Shown here one piece after another: positions 1 to 14,637 of a stretch of 64,000 nucleotides of DNA. The position numbers were made by a program, and so were the translations under genes. How positions within the stretch are numbered: the first letter of the stretch is position 1; each line of letters opens with the position of its first letter. Under the pieces are notes generated by a model. That model was not told where the DNA came from. It searched no databases and saw nothing but the letters and a program-made list of their open reading frames with translations. Source of the stretch: Schmidtea polychroa (lineage: Eukaryota); contig CM097888.1 in NCBI GenBank assembly GCA_044892525.1, forward strand, positions 91,264,001-91,328,000. Direction: 5' to 3'.

Positions 1-5
1 AATAA

Positions 6-6
<1 letters not shown>

Positions 7-36
<30 letters not shown>

Positions 37-41
37 AAGAA
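7..41. repeat. (AAG)n microsatellite
   Basis: Run of aag trinucleotides at the window start. Confidence 0.9.
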
Positions 42-3000
42 ATATTATAAATGGGTTATACAAACAAATTGAAAAAAATCATAAAAACCATATATTTAAT
101 TTAAAATTTTTTTAATAAAAATTTATATTTAAATAAATATATTTTATTAAATTTAATAAATTTAATATTTTTACATGAGACATGAGTAAATAAGTAAACG
201 ATTTAAAACAAAACATTAGAAAGTGAATTTATTATAAGTATTGTTTTAATAAGACGAGGAAAAGAAAAGTAAGCGCGTCATTAAAACTTTATCGGTGTTG
301 AAAGAATGTCGCATGAGGTTTAATTAACCCACTCTCGATGACATTGCCTTTCATTATTGTGCCACACACACTTGCACATAATCACACACACACACACGCA
401 TATATACACACTAACACATTAAAGTTGTGTTTACAGCGCAAAATATGAAATTTTTAAATAATTATGTATTTAAAATTGATTTGAAATAAAGAGATTCTGT
501 ATATGAAGGATTTATATCAAAAACTGTGTTTTTATGGGTTGATTTTATTTCACATCAATTTTCCAAGTACCGCTTCAAATAGGGAAATACAAGCACAGTT
601 AAATCCCTTATTGTGCTCATTAATATTTTATTCCACAAATGTAACATGTCATTCTAAATAAAGTTTTTAATTTTTATTTTAACAGCAAAAAAATAATTAT
701 TATTAATTATTGTTGAATCGATATTTTACACCAAAAAATTAAATATTAAAATAATCTATTTATTAATCTATTTATTTGATTAGAAATAATAATCTTATAA
801 AAGTTGTATTGAAAAAGTTTTTATTTAAATAAAATAAATTATTAATTAATAAATTTTTAATAATAACTATTAATATCGTTGCGTTAAACATTATTTTAAA
901 TTTAAAATTTCTAATAAAAAATATTTTCTCAGTTAAAGAAAAAAAATTAATTAAATAACAAACAATTTGGCATTTCCCAAAGACATTGCGATAATTCCGA
1001 ATTATCCGTCTGGCATTATTTCATTGTTCGGAGTCATTTTGTCCCTCGTAATCAAAGTTTCCGGTCCGAAAGAAATTGAGATGCAAATTGTCACTCTGAA
1101 ATCCTTGAAATAATTGAAATTTTTCGCCTTTTCAAACACAGACAATTTATTAATATTTTCTAAATTAGCATTTCAAACAAAGAAATGGAACACGAACCAT
1201 CAATAAAACAAATAATTTCATAGAATTTGAAAGCACGGTTGAAAGGTTTCCAAGCTAGCTATAGCCTTATAAGTGACAATATGGCGTGAAGGAGCATATA
1301 ATGAGGCAGAAAGGTTGGGAGAAATATCGAATTGCTAAGGGATTTCGAGCGTCAAGGGATATTTGTCAATGTCGATGGGTAAAATTATAAAAATTAGAAA
1401 AGTAAAACAAAACTAAAAGTTATCCAAAGATAATTTTTTTAAAAAGTTCTTCATTTAATTTTGATAATTTTTTAATATTTTGCTATTAGAGCGGGAAATA
1501 TTGTCGGCCATCTTAATCGGCATTCAAGGCGGGATAATGACAAATTAAACAAAAAATTCCTTTTCTCTTTGAAGGGGACTCGAGAACGGGAATTGTGCTC
1601 CTAACCAGGAAATCGGATCGGTATATTCCATTATACATAGAATTTGATCTTCCCTTCCTTTAATGTATTCTCCTTTATTAATCGCCTTTATCTCTGACTT
1701 ATTTTTCTTTATTCGAGTTTTTGTGAAAAAATATCAAAATTCTTAATTCAAGCGAAGCCAGTAAAAAACGGATTATGAAAAATTGCAATTTAATGAGCTT
1801 TTCCATTAGCATGAAATTCCGTTGTTAGTCTGATGGGGAGAGAGGGGGGGGGGCATTTCTATGAATATTCTTAACTAATTTTTAATGAAACGAGAGAAAG
1901 TGTTCTTTGATTTTCTAATCTGACTTTATGTTTTTTCATGTCTTACACTTTGACCATGACGAGTCTCCCTACGAGAAAATTAGGTTTCACACCAAGCAAG
2001 ATTTTTAATTAAATATCCGCTCATTCATTATTTCAATTAAGCTACCTAATTTCATTTTTGACTGTGCTGAATATCGATGGAAATGTGAATGACAAATATT
2101 AAGGAGCCCCATATGAGGGACCTGGAATGTGATATAGGTAAATAATATATGGATGGGTTGATCATTCACCTGGGAAGGCGTTGAGAAAGGGAAGATTCCT
2201 TTAAGATACAAAAATGAAAACATAATTTTAACTATTTGCTTGTAAAATTAGTATCCGTCATCAATGATGCGCATCCTTACCAAATTTCTTTATTCTATAA
2301 AATTCTAACGAAAGGACATCCGGGATTATCAAAGGCTGGTGAAAGCCCATTCAGTGCTCAATAGGTATTGTCTATGAAAGAGGGATGCCCTATCGGAGAT
2401 ATTACCCATACGCCATATCAATCTCAACGGCTCTGGAAATCTAGAAATATAAATTATATCATATTTAATAGATAAAAAATAACAAAATTGTGCTCTACCT
2501 AAATTGAATGACTCCCAGTATAAATTTTTGACGAAAAAATATTTAATTAAATTCATAAAAAATATTTTCTTTAATTAATGGCAGAAATTAATTAAAAACT
2601 AATATTTCAATTTATTAATTTCTAAAAAATAAATAATTAAACTGACATATCAATGATATAATTATAAGAAAGCGCCAATCAAACATTCGTTTTACGATAT
2701 ATTTTGACAGTTTTCCTCTCATCATCACGTGGGATTAAATAATTATTGAAATTATTAATCTTATAAACAAATTTATTAATTATATTTTTTTCAGTAAAAA
2801 TATTTTTTTAAATTATTAAAATTATAATTTAAATAATAAATTATTTTTAATTTGTAACAAATATATATAAAAAAGATTTTAAAATATTTTAATTTTAATT
2901 TTACCTTAGCAAAATTTTTTGTTAATTACAACTGTCAAAATATATCGTAAAACGAATATTCGAGTATGTTAGACTTATCAATATATTGCAGCCAAAATGT

Positions 3001-3799
3001 GTTTCCTTTTTTTCGGTTATTTTCTTGCATTCTTTGCCAGTTGTTATATTCTTTGTCGATCTCCCCAATGGAGTTAAGAGGAACATTTCTTGGCATACTG
3101 TTTAAGCCATGATCAGTAGAAAGGCGCCGTTTACAAGAAATGATTTCATAAATTCAAATGTTTATGACAGTCTGGCGGATCGAGATCCAGATTATATCAT
3201 TATTGAAGTACAAATTATGTTCTTTCAAAATCTTAAAACTATTGATGAGTCGCTCTAGAATTATAGACGTTGTCATGATGTTAAAGGTCTATTTCTATAG
3301 ATCAGTTGGTATTCTAATAAGCTGTAGAAATTTGAAAGGATGTCTGGACCATCTACCAATAGATAGGCAATTCTATCAAATAGTAATCAAACCTTTCATC
3401 TCAAGCAGCCTTTGTTTTGTGCCATGTTCAGTGATTTGTTCGCGGTCCATTCAGTGTTCCCAATTGTATTGTTCTCATTGTTCGTAATTATATATTTATG
3501 AAAACTGTTGATCCTTCGAGCTTTCAAGTAATTTTGGAATTTCTACTCAAAGATTTACTGAACCTACGAAGATTTCATTTAAAACTTTACTTCTAGGGAC
3601 CCAATTTAAATATAGAAAAGGAATGGTGCATATATTCCTTATGTCACTGTATATGATGAACCTTAGAGCTTAAGGGTCTTCATGAAGCCTTGGTGAATGA
3701 AAAGTATTCAAGAAAGGTCAAAGATTAATAAATCAGATTGAATCCGGGAAAATAGTCAAAACGGTAATTGTAGGGAATCGCATAAATGTTCTCAATAAT

Positions 3800-4850
3800 C
3801 AATTTGAAAGAAAAATCTCGATTCTAAGCGAGAAATTGGCATCATTTTTGATGTAGTTCATTTGAATAAATTTATTTTCATCCATCTCAAGATTCCTAAT
3901 GTGAGATTTAGTGAAAAGTGTCAAGAAAACGTTCAAGTGCCCAGCAATATCCGTTCAGCCGTCCGCCATTTGTTGAAGGAGAATGTCGCGCTTGAGAGGC
4001 CAGATTGGAGACTTCAAATTTTATAGGCAATTTCATTTTCATCAAATATTCCCAATAATGTTTAAAAGATTTTTATATAAAAAACAATTTCATAAAAAGA
4101 TTTTGAGTTTTGATTGTTTACAAGACGCAGTGAAAGAAAATTGGCTAAACTTTAGCTATTACAGAAAAGCCAACTTGATAAAATGTCCATACTTGCAACA
4201 TAAATAAGTTTGCAAATTGCTTACCTTTCATTTTGTGAAGCTTCAAGGAAGGCATCAAAGGTTATCAAACCTCTCAATTCAGTCACTCAAATACATTGCT
4301 ATTATATGAAGTAATCTACCACTGAACCTTATCCCAAAAAGTGATTATTACATAGCTTAGATAGCATATGATCCTGTATTATTGGTGTCGGATATCCTCA
4401 ACGTCAATGTGATTCAATTCGGTTCAACGCATCAATATTACACAGAAGCCTTTGCCATTAATTGTAAGGGTTTCGCCATTTTCATTTTCATAAAAGAGTG
4501 TTTCATTGGAATTCTACTCTTAAAACATGTCAAACAGTGACGCTTTACAAATATATGGCCGTTGTTGCCTTTCTCAAATATATTTCAACATTCCTGATAC
4601 GGTCATGAAGGACGTATTATTTACATACTCCATATGGGACAGTTCGACCTCTAAGATATAATAATGCTTCATATTTGATAATGGTCTTGCTGAAAATATT
4701 GCTATCAACTGTTTTGCTTTAATGTATCCATTCAACAAATGTAAGATTGGTGACTAGAATATAGTGAAGATTCCAGCAACTACGGGGGACTATATAAGAT
4801 CTAACATATACCAAATGCTCACCAAATAAGATAAATGGTAATTACATAAG
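3800..4850 (+). mobile_element. Possible highly decayed DIRS-like (tyrosine-recombinase retrotransposon) RT/RNase H relic
   Basis: Broken frames give KKNLDSKREIGIIFDVVHLNKFI (cf. KKDG..R.I.DL..LNKFI), AISFSSNIPNNV*KIF (cf. ALPFGL..AP..FTK) and YMAVVAFLK (cf. DN.TVVAYIN), in the expected order. There are many stops and no YxDD motif was found. Confidence 0.3.
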
Positions 4851-7800
4851 ATAAATGGCAATCTGACCTATCACAACCTCGTGGATGTGTAACATACCAA
4901 CTTTTAGTGTTAAATTTTCCTTTTGTGTAGACACCGGAGCACGTGGAAGAAATTTTGATAGACCAGATGTCAGTAGACCTATTGTTTGTAGACGAAATGT
5001 CTCTAGAAGAATTGTCGTGATACCAATTGTATCCAGTAAGATCCTTTATTCTTCCAAATGAAGGTAACTCGATTTTATTCTCGAGTAATTCGAGCAAAGA
5101 ATTCTTCAAGGTCGCATTCCTATATTGAAAATAATTTAAAAAAAAATTAAAAAAACATAAATAAAAAAACACCGTAGATATATAATATTCTAGGTTTATC
5201 TCGGGCGCCTACGGCACCCTTTTATTCAAAATCCCAAGTCCTTCACGTGAATCTTATTACATGCATTCGAATCAGTGTGTTCGAAAACCAAAAATTGGTA
5301 TGTGAATGAGTTCAGTAAAAAGAATAAGTAATTAATTTTCAGTTCATAAGGATGATTTATTTATTACAAAATTTCTCTATACACAATATTGCGCGTGAAA
5401 ATGCGATTGGCGTTGAGTAAATGACCTTGTTGAGGATTTGGCTCAATTTTGATCTTCACTTGATTTGCATTTCGAAAAATTTATTTTTAGACTTACGAAA
5501 AATTTCCCTAGAACTTCTCAAAACTCATCGATAGACTTAGGGTTTGAAAGAAATAAAATTTAATTTCTCTTACCGAATATATAGTGGAATATTCCAGCTG
5601 ACATCATCAGGCAATAAATAATTTCAATAAAATGATTATAATTATCTAGTTATTAGTAATTATATAATTATATGCGCAATCCAATAACATTAATTATGTT
5701 AATGAAGGTAATTAAATCCTATCAAAATATATTGATTTTGGGATTAAATGATTTTACTATCAAAGCCTCACAATTAATACGTTCCTAACCGTTTTTGAAA
5801 CCCTTAGATAACATTTTAAAATTGCAAATGTTTATTGTCAGTTTGTATGTCATATTATGCTCAATAATATTACTATTTCCACTCAATCGGGTATGCTCTC
5901 GAGCTCATGCAGAGAGTTGATGGGCAATCTCTTCAATGTATATGGAATTACATCCGGCGTTAATCCGTTTAATTTCCTTGAAAATGTTTCTTCAATTAAT
6001 ACAAAAATTATTCGACATTTAAATTTTTAAATGTTACCTAAAAGTTTCAAAAACTATAGGAAACGTATTATTTGTGAAGCTTTGGTGATTTAATCTCAAA
6101 ATAATATACAAAATGCATTAATCGCGGCTGTTTTGATAGAATTTAATTTAACTTTTGTGGGCAGAAATATTTGTTCCATTTTTTATATCAGTTTTGTTTG
6201 TAAATGAATACTGGTGGCATGATATGAATTTCTAATTGATCAGTTATTTATAAACAATTGATAAACTTATAAGCAATATAAAAGTTATAGTAAATAATGC
6301 AAGTTTATTTTCCATGAAATTATTTGAAACAAGGATCAACGCATAAAGGTAAATGACAATCAGAAGACATATTTTATCCTTTTCTCTCTATTTTTAAACT
6401 ACAACACCTACATCTATGATTTGTGTTACCAAGAAATAAAAATACCAACAAATGTTTTTTTAATATGAAAATATTTATCATTTTCATTTATTAATTTATT
6501 TAAATAAATTTTAATAAAATTTAAAAAGCAATTAATTAAATAAAACAAAATTAAATATAGATAATAAAGAATAATTAAATAAAAAATAAATATTTACGAG
6601 ACATTAATAAGGATTATTTTTATAATCTAAAATTATTTCATTTTATTCAATACATATTTTGCAGAAAAAGTGCTTGTACTATCATTGATTGTTTAATATT
6701 TAATTAATGATGTTATCAAGAAATCTTACCTTTCAAACTAAAGACATACATAGTAAAAAATAAAAATAATAAGATAATGTAAATAAATTAAGGAATAAAA
6801 CATTGGATTGCTTTGGCATACTTTAATGACATTATAATGACCCTAGAAGGTTGTTGAGGTCAAGATGTCCTAGAGCCTTCACTACATACAAATCTAATGC
6901 TGCTTTCAATTCCTCTGTTCATTCAATCTTGTAGAATTAAAATTAAATATTTTTGAAATTTGTCGTGTAGTTGACCGAAAAATACGAAATAGTAGCGAAC
7001 TGTGTAAAACTCACATTTTTGGAACTTCAACTATTCTTGTAGAAATAAAAAATTGTTTTGTTAAATTGTATTTGTACGTAAACCCGAGATTTCACCTTGA
7101 AATGGAGACTATGGAGAAATTATATAATGGGATTCATATATTTGGACAAGCAGTCAAAACTAAGATTAAAACATGAGATCAACGCGATCTTACTGATATA
7201 GCAAACCCCTTGCGGAAATAGAACTTTTGATTTCCAATTTATTCCTGGCAATGTTTAACATGAGTTGAAAGGTAAACGGTTTCGGTGATCTGTTTAACAC
7301 ATTAATAAAACCGACATCAAAGGGTTTCTGTCGGTGAAATGCCACTTGTTGATTCTGCCTTTCGTCAGATTATTTACCCAAGAAATCCATCAAGGGAATT
7401 TCATAAAGCCTAAATAGTCTCCCTAAACACGAGGCAAGATTTTCTCTCTAATAAAAATACTTTGGAAAACTTTTTCGTTTGATTTTATCAAACATTTTTA
7501 TTCTTATTATGCTTGCGCTATTTAATTAAAAATTAATTAACTGAATTACCAAAATAACAATTAACATATTTCAGTAGAATTGGAAGCAGAAGGTAATTCA
7601 AATTGACATCAGGTCTTTATAAGGTGTAAATGAAAGGATAAAAAGCAATTTAATTATTAATTAATTAAATTGTTAATTCCACCAATCACCGTGAAGTAGA
7701 AAACAAAATTCATTTCTTGACAGCCTCAATATTTCAGGAGTATCTTAAATAAATATATTTGATTGAAGGGGAATATTCCAACATAAAATATTCTCATTTT

Positions 7801-10800
7801 GCTTTTTAAAAAAATGAAACTTGCAACAAATAATTATTAAAGTGAGCAAATATAGGGGAACGTATATAAGAAATGTCAAAAAATCGATAAAATCAAACAT
7901 TGAAATACGACAAGGTCACTTTTAATTAATAAGTACAAAACGGAGGAGGAAANNNNNNNNNNNNNNNNNNNNNNNNNNNNNNNNNNNNNNNNNNNNNNNN
8001 NNNNNNNNNNNNNNNNNNNNNNNNNNNNNNNNNNNNNNNNNNNNNNNNNNNNNNNNNNNNNNNNNNNNNNNNNNNNNNNNNNNNNNNNNNNNNNNNNNNN
8101 NNNNNNNNNNNNNNNNNNNNNNNNNNNNNNNNNNNNNNNNNNNNNNNNNNNNNNNNNNNNNNNNNNNNNNNNNNNNNNNNNNNNNNNNNNNATTTCATTC
8201 TAAAACTTGAAGAGTGATAACCAGGTAAGCTAGTAAGTATCGGCTGTCAGTGATGAATTATCCGCTGGAAATGGGATTCCTGAGACAAGATATATTTAAT
8301 AAGGGAAAGAAATGTATTATTTACTCTCAGATAATTCTCCTGACGACCTAGATGTAATCAATCAAGAATTGTAGACGGTTTCCCATTCTCCCCGAGCTGT
8401 TGTTGAGCTCATTGGCAACCGGATGCCGGAAGTGTATAACAATCAAACTGAAACAAAGTAAATAAGTTTTTTTCAATGTCGAATTTCTATAAAATTTTTC
8501 TGTTATTTACTATGAGTTGAGATTGAACAATAATTTTATTATTTTTCATTGATAAATCTGGTGAAGGGCCCCCGTAAGGAGGAATGAATGGAATATTTGT
8601 ACTCACTCTGTGATTATCTATGATTTATATAATTATTTACCGGACATTTTATCAGATTATGAGAATGAAGGGGAAATTTTAGCTGTAATTTGTAATACAA
8701 TGGGAAATATTGCAATTTCCTCAATGTCAACAACACAAGGAGTCAGGGAGTTACCGACTTTATTTATTTATTTTTAAATTATCAACAAGGTTTTCTTCTA
8801 TAAATTTATGATGTCATCAGCATAAGCACAAAATAATTATAAAGAATGTCGGTATTAATGGTGCATAGATATTATGACTTACTTTTTATGAAAGGGGGAG
8901 TGGGTGGGGTAGGGGAGATACATACATGTTTACCCTATATTGGTCTAGCTGTTCTAGAATTCTTGGCTGTCATGTTAGCAATGGCTAATATACAGAAATT
9001 CTAATCCATTCTTAAGTCCAACTTATTGTTAATGGAGAAATTAATATAAGGAAGGGAGAAGGGGAGGGGAGGTGAATCTATCGGAAAAGGGGAAATTGAG
9101 AAATGTTTAGAGTAGCTGTCAATATCTTTCCAAAATCCATTCAAAATGTTTTCTCATTTGACTTTATTCCAAATTTTATTTCTAATATCTATGCTTTCAG
9201 AGTTTTATTTCTGGAGAAATAATTTTTTGTTTTAATGAATGTAAGCAAATTTCTAATCAAATGATGAGTTACAGAATAAAGAGAAAAGTTCAAGAGTGAC
9301 GTCATGATAACTCGAGGCGCAACTCTACAGAAATGATCAACATTTCTCTCTCAATTTTTTTATGAGGCGAGTGAAATTGCTGGATGATTATCGCATCCGA
9401 ATGGGGGGGGGGGGGGGGCTCGCCAATATCTGGGATAATAAGCTATTGAAATGGGGGAATATGTTTCATGAATCATTATTAATTCTTTCCTTCGTATCAC
9501 TCTCAAAATTTAATATTACCCCCATCGAATCGCTTTTGGAATTGTTTTGCCAAGGGCATTGTTGTCAATTTATTATATGATTATTATTATTACTCTCACT
9601 CTAATTATTATTATTTAATTATTAATGGAAAAAATAATTCTTAGTCGCAAGTTTGAAATTTTATTGGGTGAGAATATTTGTTTACAAAATAAACTTTGAA
9701 ATATAATTATTTATAATCAANNNNNNNNNNNNNNNNNNNNNNNNNNNNNNNNNNNNNNNNNNNNNNNNNNNNNNNNNNNNNNNNNNNNNNNNNNNNNNNN
9801 NNNNNNNNNNNNNNNNNNNNNNNNNNNNNNNNNNNNNNNNNNNNNNNNNNNNNNNNNNNNNNNNNNNNNNNNNNNNNNNNNNNNNNNNNNNNNNNNNNNN
9901 NNNNNNNNNNNNNNNNNNNNNNNNNNNNNNNNNNNNNNNNNNNNNNNNNNATTAAAGGTAAAATTTATAAATTCGTTATCAAAAGAATAAAATGATAAAA
10001 TTCATTTTAGATAAATCTTAGCAAATTTAGTACCAATTTTGTTTAAATAAAAATTATGTAAATGTGCATTTGTACAAAATGTTGTTATTGTTTGAAATTA
10101 ATCTTAGTATCAAAATTTTCATGTTTTACATTGCATTTCTCTTTAAAAAATGGTATGGCAATATCTCATATGGCCCTAAGCAAGGAGAGGGTGTAAGGGC
10201 TCCTCCCTCACCGATGCTCGCTCCATTTGTGACGTTGGAAGTATTTCCTATGTAAAATATTAATTACAAAAATTAGAAAATTCATTAATATTTTAATTTC
10301 TCTCGTATCGATTACTAAATAAATAATTCATTTTCTATAAATGTCCAAAAAATTTTCTGGAATAAATAATTATATCATTTTCTGGCAGAATCCGATTTGT
10401 TTGTTTAGTGTTTTTATTCCTATCCAATCAGACGAGATTTCTTTAAGGAATTATGAAATTCAAATTGAAATTTATTGAATAATTTAATTAATTGAAAATC
10501 AATATTTCTATAAATTAATTATTTTTTATCCAAAGTTTTCATAGATGAAAATCCAGGCAGATTCTAGATGGAAATTTTATAAATGCTCAAAATGACATTG
10601 AAAATTTCTTGATATCTGAACAATTCAATTCAATTATAATCACCATTATGTCACTGAAAGCAGTTTCGATCGAGTCAATTGATTACAAGTGATTCAGCAG
10701 CGAGTTTAATAAACTTTAATTGGTTACATCAAAATTCATTGTGACGCAACTTTCAAATAACTAAGATAGCGATCATTTTAAAATCCATTAATTTTAATCT

Positions 10801-10838
10801 ATATTTTATTTCAACGGCATCATCAAAGCACCTAAATT

Positions 10839-11019
10839 CAGTGCCGGCTTTAAGTATAGGCGACATAGGCGGCTGTTTACAGTGGTATTACTTTAAGGGC
10901 GGCAAAATTATGAAAAATTTTAATTTAAAAATATTTTTTATATTATGAAAATTATTTGCTGTCCTTCGTGTTACTAATATCACTTTTATGTAGCAAAAAA
11001 TTGTCTAAAGCCGGCACTG
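10839..11019. mobile_element. hAT-like MITE
   Basis: Perfect 14-bp TIRs cagtgccggcttta (10839-10852) / taaagccggcactg (11006-11019). A near copy of the right end is repeated at 11068-11090. No clean 8-bp TSD. Confidence 0.6.
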
Positions 11020-11299
11020 CAATGACCCCCGTGATAACAGATTACACACTTAGAGCGATATTATTTCAAAATTGTCTAAAACCGGCACTGGTCTGAATTA
11101 ATTATCCTTTTAACACGTTGCGTGCAAACTTGATTTTGACCTAAATATCTTCAAAGGCGGACCACACTAAATCCAACTAACTAAATGGAGAAGTGAGTCA
11201 TCTTTCACAGTACATTCTGATTGGCTCAATAAAAAGTATGACTCATACTGTGTGTCAACGGACATTTTATATGAGCTGATGAGTCATTAAGACGATATA

Positions 11300-12008
11300 T
11301 ACCATTTCCCAGAGAAAAGTAAATTTTTACCAATTAAAAGTAAATTTTTTCCAAATAAAAGTAAATTTTTCCCATTTAAAAGTAAATTTTAAATTGCAAC
11401 CATAAATAACAAAAATTAATTTAAAATTTAAAAAAATATTGAAAATGTGTTTTAATATTATGTTCTGTTAAAATATGTTTACCGCCAAAATAGCATAGGA
11501 ATAAAGTTTTTAAAACCATAATGGAAGAAGAAAATTTAACAGACAGACATGATTCATTTATCATTTTCTCTCACCATATTCCTACATGCTTAATCCGATT
11601 GAATTCGCTTTTTCGAAAATAAAAATGTATTGTGCGTGGAATGTTAAGTACAGAAAATGTTGGAAATCTATCTCAAATGATTACTAATGCATCAACACAA
11701 GTGACTTCTGATGATGCACCAGGATTTTTTAGGCTAATGTCTAGAAATATAACAAATGCAGCTGCAGGTTTGCCTTACCATCACGTGTAAATAAAATTTA
11801 ATGCTTACTTATGAACCTTGTAATAATATTTGTTTAATTATATTTACTTGTTATAATAAATAATTTTTGTTTAAATTACTATACTTTTAAATGGGAAAAA
11901 TTTACTTTTAAAAGGGAAAAATTTACTTTTAAATGGGAAAAATTTACTTTTAAATGGGAAAAATTTACTTTTAATTGGGAAAAATTTACTTTTCTCTGGG
12001 AAATGGTA
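11300..12008 (+). mobile_element. Non-autonomous IS630/Tc1-mariner deletion derivative
   Basis: Long TIRs taccatttcccagagaaaagtaaatttt... / ...aaaatttacttttctctgggaaatggta flanked by TA. Each end has 4-5 subterminal ~20-bp repeats (aaaagtaaatttttcccatt). The internal frame from 11565 reads FLSPYSYMLNPIEFAFSKIK, the DDE_3 C-terminal motif FLPPYSPxLNPIE..WS.LK. Confidence 0.82.
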
Positions 12009-14637
12009 TAACAAAGACAATGAGTATTTTCAAAGGTTTTTTAATGTCGGTTAAATAAATTTTCTTTATGATCGGAATCATTTAATTTTTTATTTTGGAT
12101 TTTTTAGAAATAATTTTTAAAGACTTTAAGTATTTTTAACAAAGAAATTTTTTCAAAATATAAATTATAGTCGATTTTATGTATACTAATTGGAGAATAA
12201 TTACAGGGCGTCAGTCATTTGATTCATTTCATTGTTTTATATTTTTATATTAGTTGTTATTATTATTATGATTATTAACAAGAAATATTTTCATAATCGG
12301 AAATTATTTCATGTCATTCAATATATTCTGTGCAGCAAAAGGCTTCATCATTTACTTGTTTATTATTATTATTATAAACTGATAATATTTTCAAATATGC
12401 GAGAAAATAAAATTAAAACTTAGGTTTTAGAACTTTTGACCTTTGACCCTATGAGCCAGAATCTTCTCCATGATGATGTTGAAATTTGAGTGAAAAATAA
12501 ATTGTACATTTCTTTGTCCCTTTCGAGATATTAACCAATCATAGTTGAATCCTTGAAGGTTGAGGTAGCACCAGTAAATAGAGTTTACGTGACTTTGTCT
12601 ACACGAAAAATTGTAAACACTTCTTTTGACAATATTCAAATTTTCTGACCGTTTTGAAGGTTTTAAACCACCAAGAATTCATTTTTATCAATTTTATTAT
12701 CATTATTTGTTTTATTATTTTGAAATCGTTTTGATTACAGGGGTCATCTGGTGATATTCCTCCATTCATCTCTAGGTCAATGTCAGCCGGGCTTCATTGC
12801 TCAGAAAACATTCTTGTATAATTCTAATAGTTCTCATTTCATTTCCACAAATCTGTAAAATGCAAATTAACAGAATATTTGGCAGATTTTCCTAATTAAT
12901 ATTTCTTTGATTAGATTACGTTTTATAAGTAAATAAAGGAAATGACAAAGGAAGTTAATTGATGTTTTGCAAGAAAAATTAATCCCTCGATGAATTTTCC
13001 ATTAATTTTTCTCCATTTATAAAAATGTTAATTTCTATTCTTTGGCTTTCATTCGACAGATTTCTGAGCGAGAAATCACCATCAATGGAGCGAATTAGTG
13101 ACATCAAAAGGCGATTAGTTCTAGAAAATAGGAACGTGTTGATTCTAGGAAACATCAAAGAATAATTAATTTTTATTTAATTCTATCTTTAGAAAAATGC
13201 ATTTCAATTCTCGACAAAACGTTCGAAATAACTGTTAATTCTCCCGGGGAAAATGTTTGAATTTTCTGATTGGCACGTAAGGAAATCTGGCGGATTTCTG
13301 TGGGAGAAATAGCAAATTAGTTCTGATCCATCAAGCTGGATCTATTTCAAAGGATTTTGTAGATTTCTCGAGGAAAATGGCAATGAGAAAATGCATCCAA
13401 AAATGCCTGAGCTGTCATTATTTGTTGTTGTCCAATTTATACCGAAATAATTCTACTCGAATTTATCTAACGAATCTCCGATAACATATTTCTTTTTGTC
13501 AATTTCAATGAAATAGAATTTTGATTTCATTTCGTAAATAAAATTTTAAAAAAACTTTCAGAATGGCCAAATGGCGATATATAACGGATGTAGAGAATTA
13601 GTTGGAAATTGGTCACGCATGAAAAGGTTTTGACTGTTGGAGTTGAAAAAACAAGTTCAAAAATAAAATAAGAAATTGATTAAAAATTCAGTAGAAAATG
13701 AAAAATTAAATTCAATAATTTCAAATAATTGCAGAAGCCGTGAAAATGTAATTAAAAATATTTAATAAAGATTTTGTCGGAATTTATCCTTTCTATTTGT
13801 AGAAAATAAATTTATGAATAATTTTATAAATAAATTTATTTGCTACAGAGAAATACTTGGCAATACGTGAAATTTTTAAAATGATAGAATTTAAGGAAAT
13901 TTTTTTAAAAATAACTTATCTGCCAAGGGAGATAGTTTCCCCTCCAAGAAACCGTTTCTGTTAGGAAGTTGTAATCCATCACTAAATATTACTCCGGAGA
14001 GATCAATCAGATAATTGCCAAAATTTACAATTATTTATGCGAGTAAGACTTCATATAGCTGAATTATTAACCAAGCAGAAATCATTTCGATTCCCATCTG
14101 TATAAATCTCATGCAAAATAGATATCATTTGGCATTGATATAATTTGGTTTTCGCTCAGTTCGTAACATTCGAAGAGCGTGGATGTCGAGCAATCTGAGC
14201 CAATCACAGGATTCCAAATTAGATTAATTTTGAGGCCAACGCGGTGCCTAAGAAACCCAAAAAGAGTTTACCATTATAAATGTGATTTGTTAATTTCTAT
14301 TGAAACGTTAAATTTCAATATAAATCCAAATCACCGACCGCTCACCGCAACTGAACAAAATTTCAACGGATAATATTATTTATGCTGCCAAAATCCACCA
14401 AATCCTAAAAATAGCCAGTAAAAATCTTTACTTTCATATTTAATTGCGGTACTTATTCAGTTTAGCGCCCGCTATACATCTTCCAGTGCCATACAGATTC
14501 AAGCGTGATAATCGTTGATTAAAAGAATTTCTAAAATAATTTTTCAACATGTTCAATAAATAGCGTTACATTGTTTCGCTTTATTATATATACTAAGTAG
14601 TTTATCTGTCAACATAATGTGACCTCTTAGGTGTACT

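Noticed and set aside
960-2560. Short open frames with coding-like composition at the left end
   Set aside because: No recognisable domain or consistent splice structure could be assembled; left unannotated.
11110-11295. piggyBac-like left end ttaa-cacgttgcgtgc
   Set aside because: No matching right TIR or TTAA was found beyond the inserted Tc1-like element.
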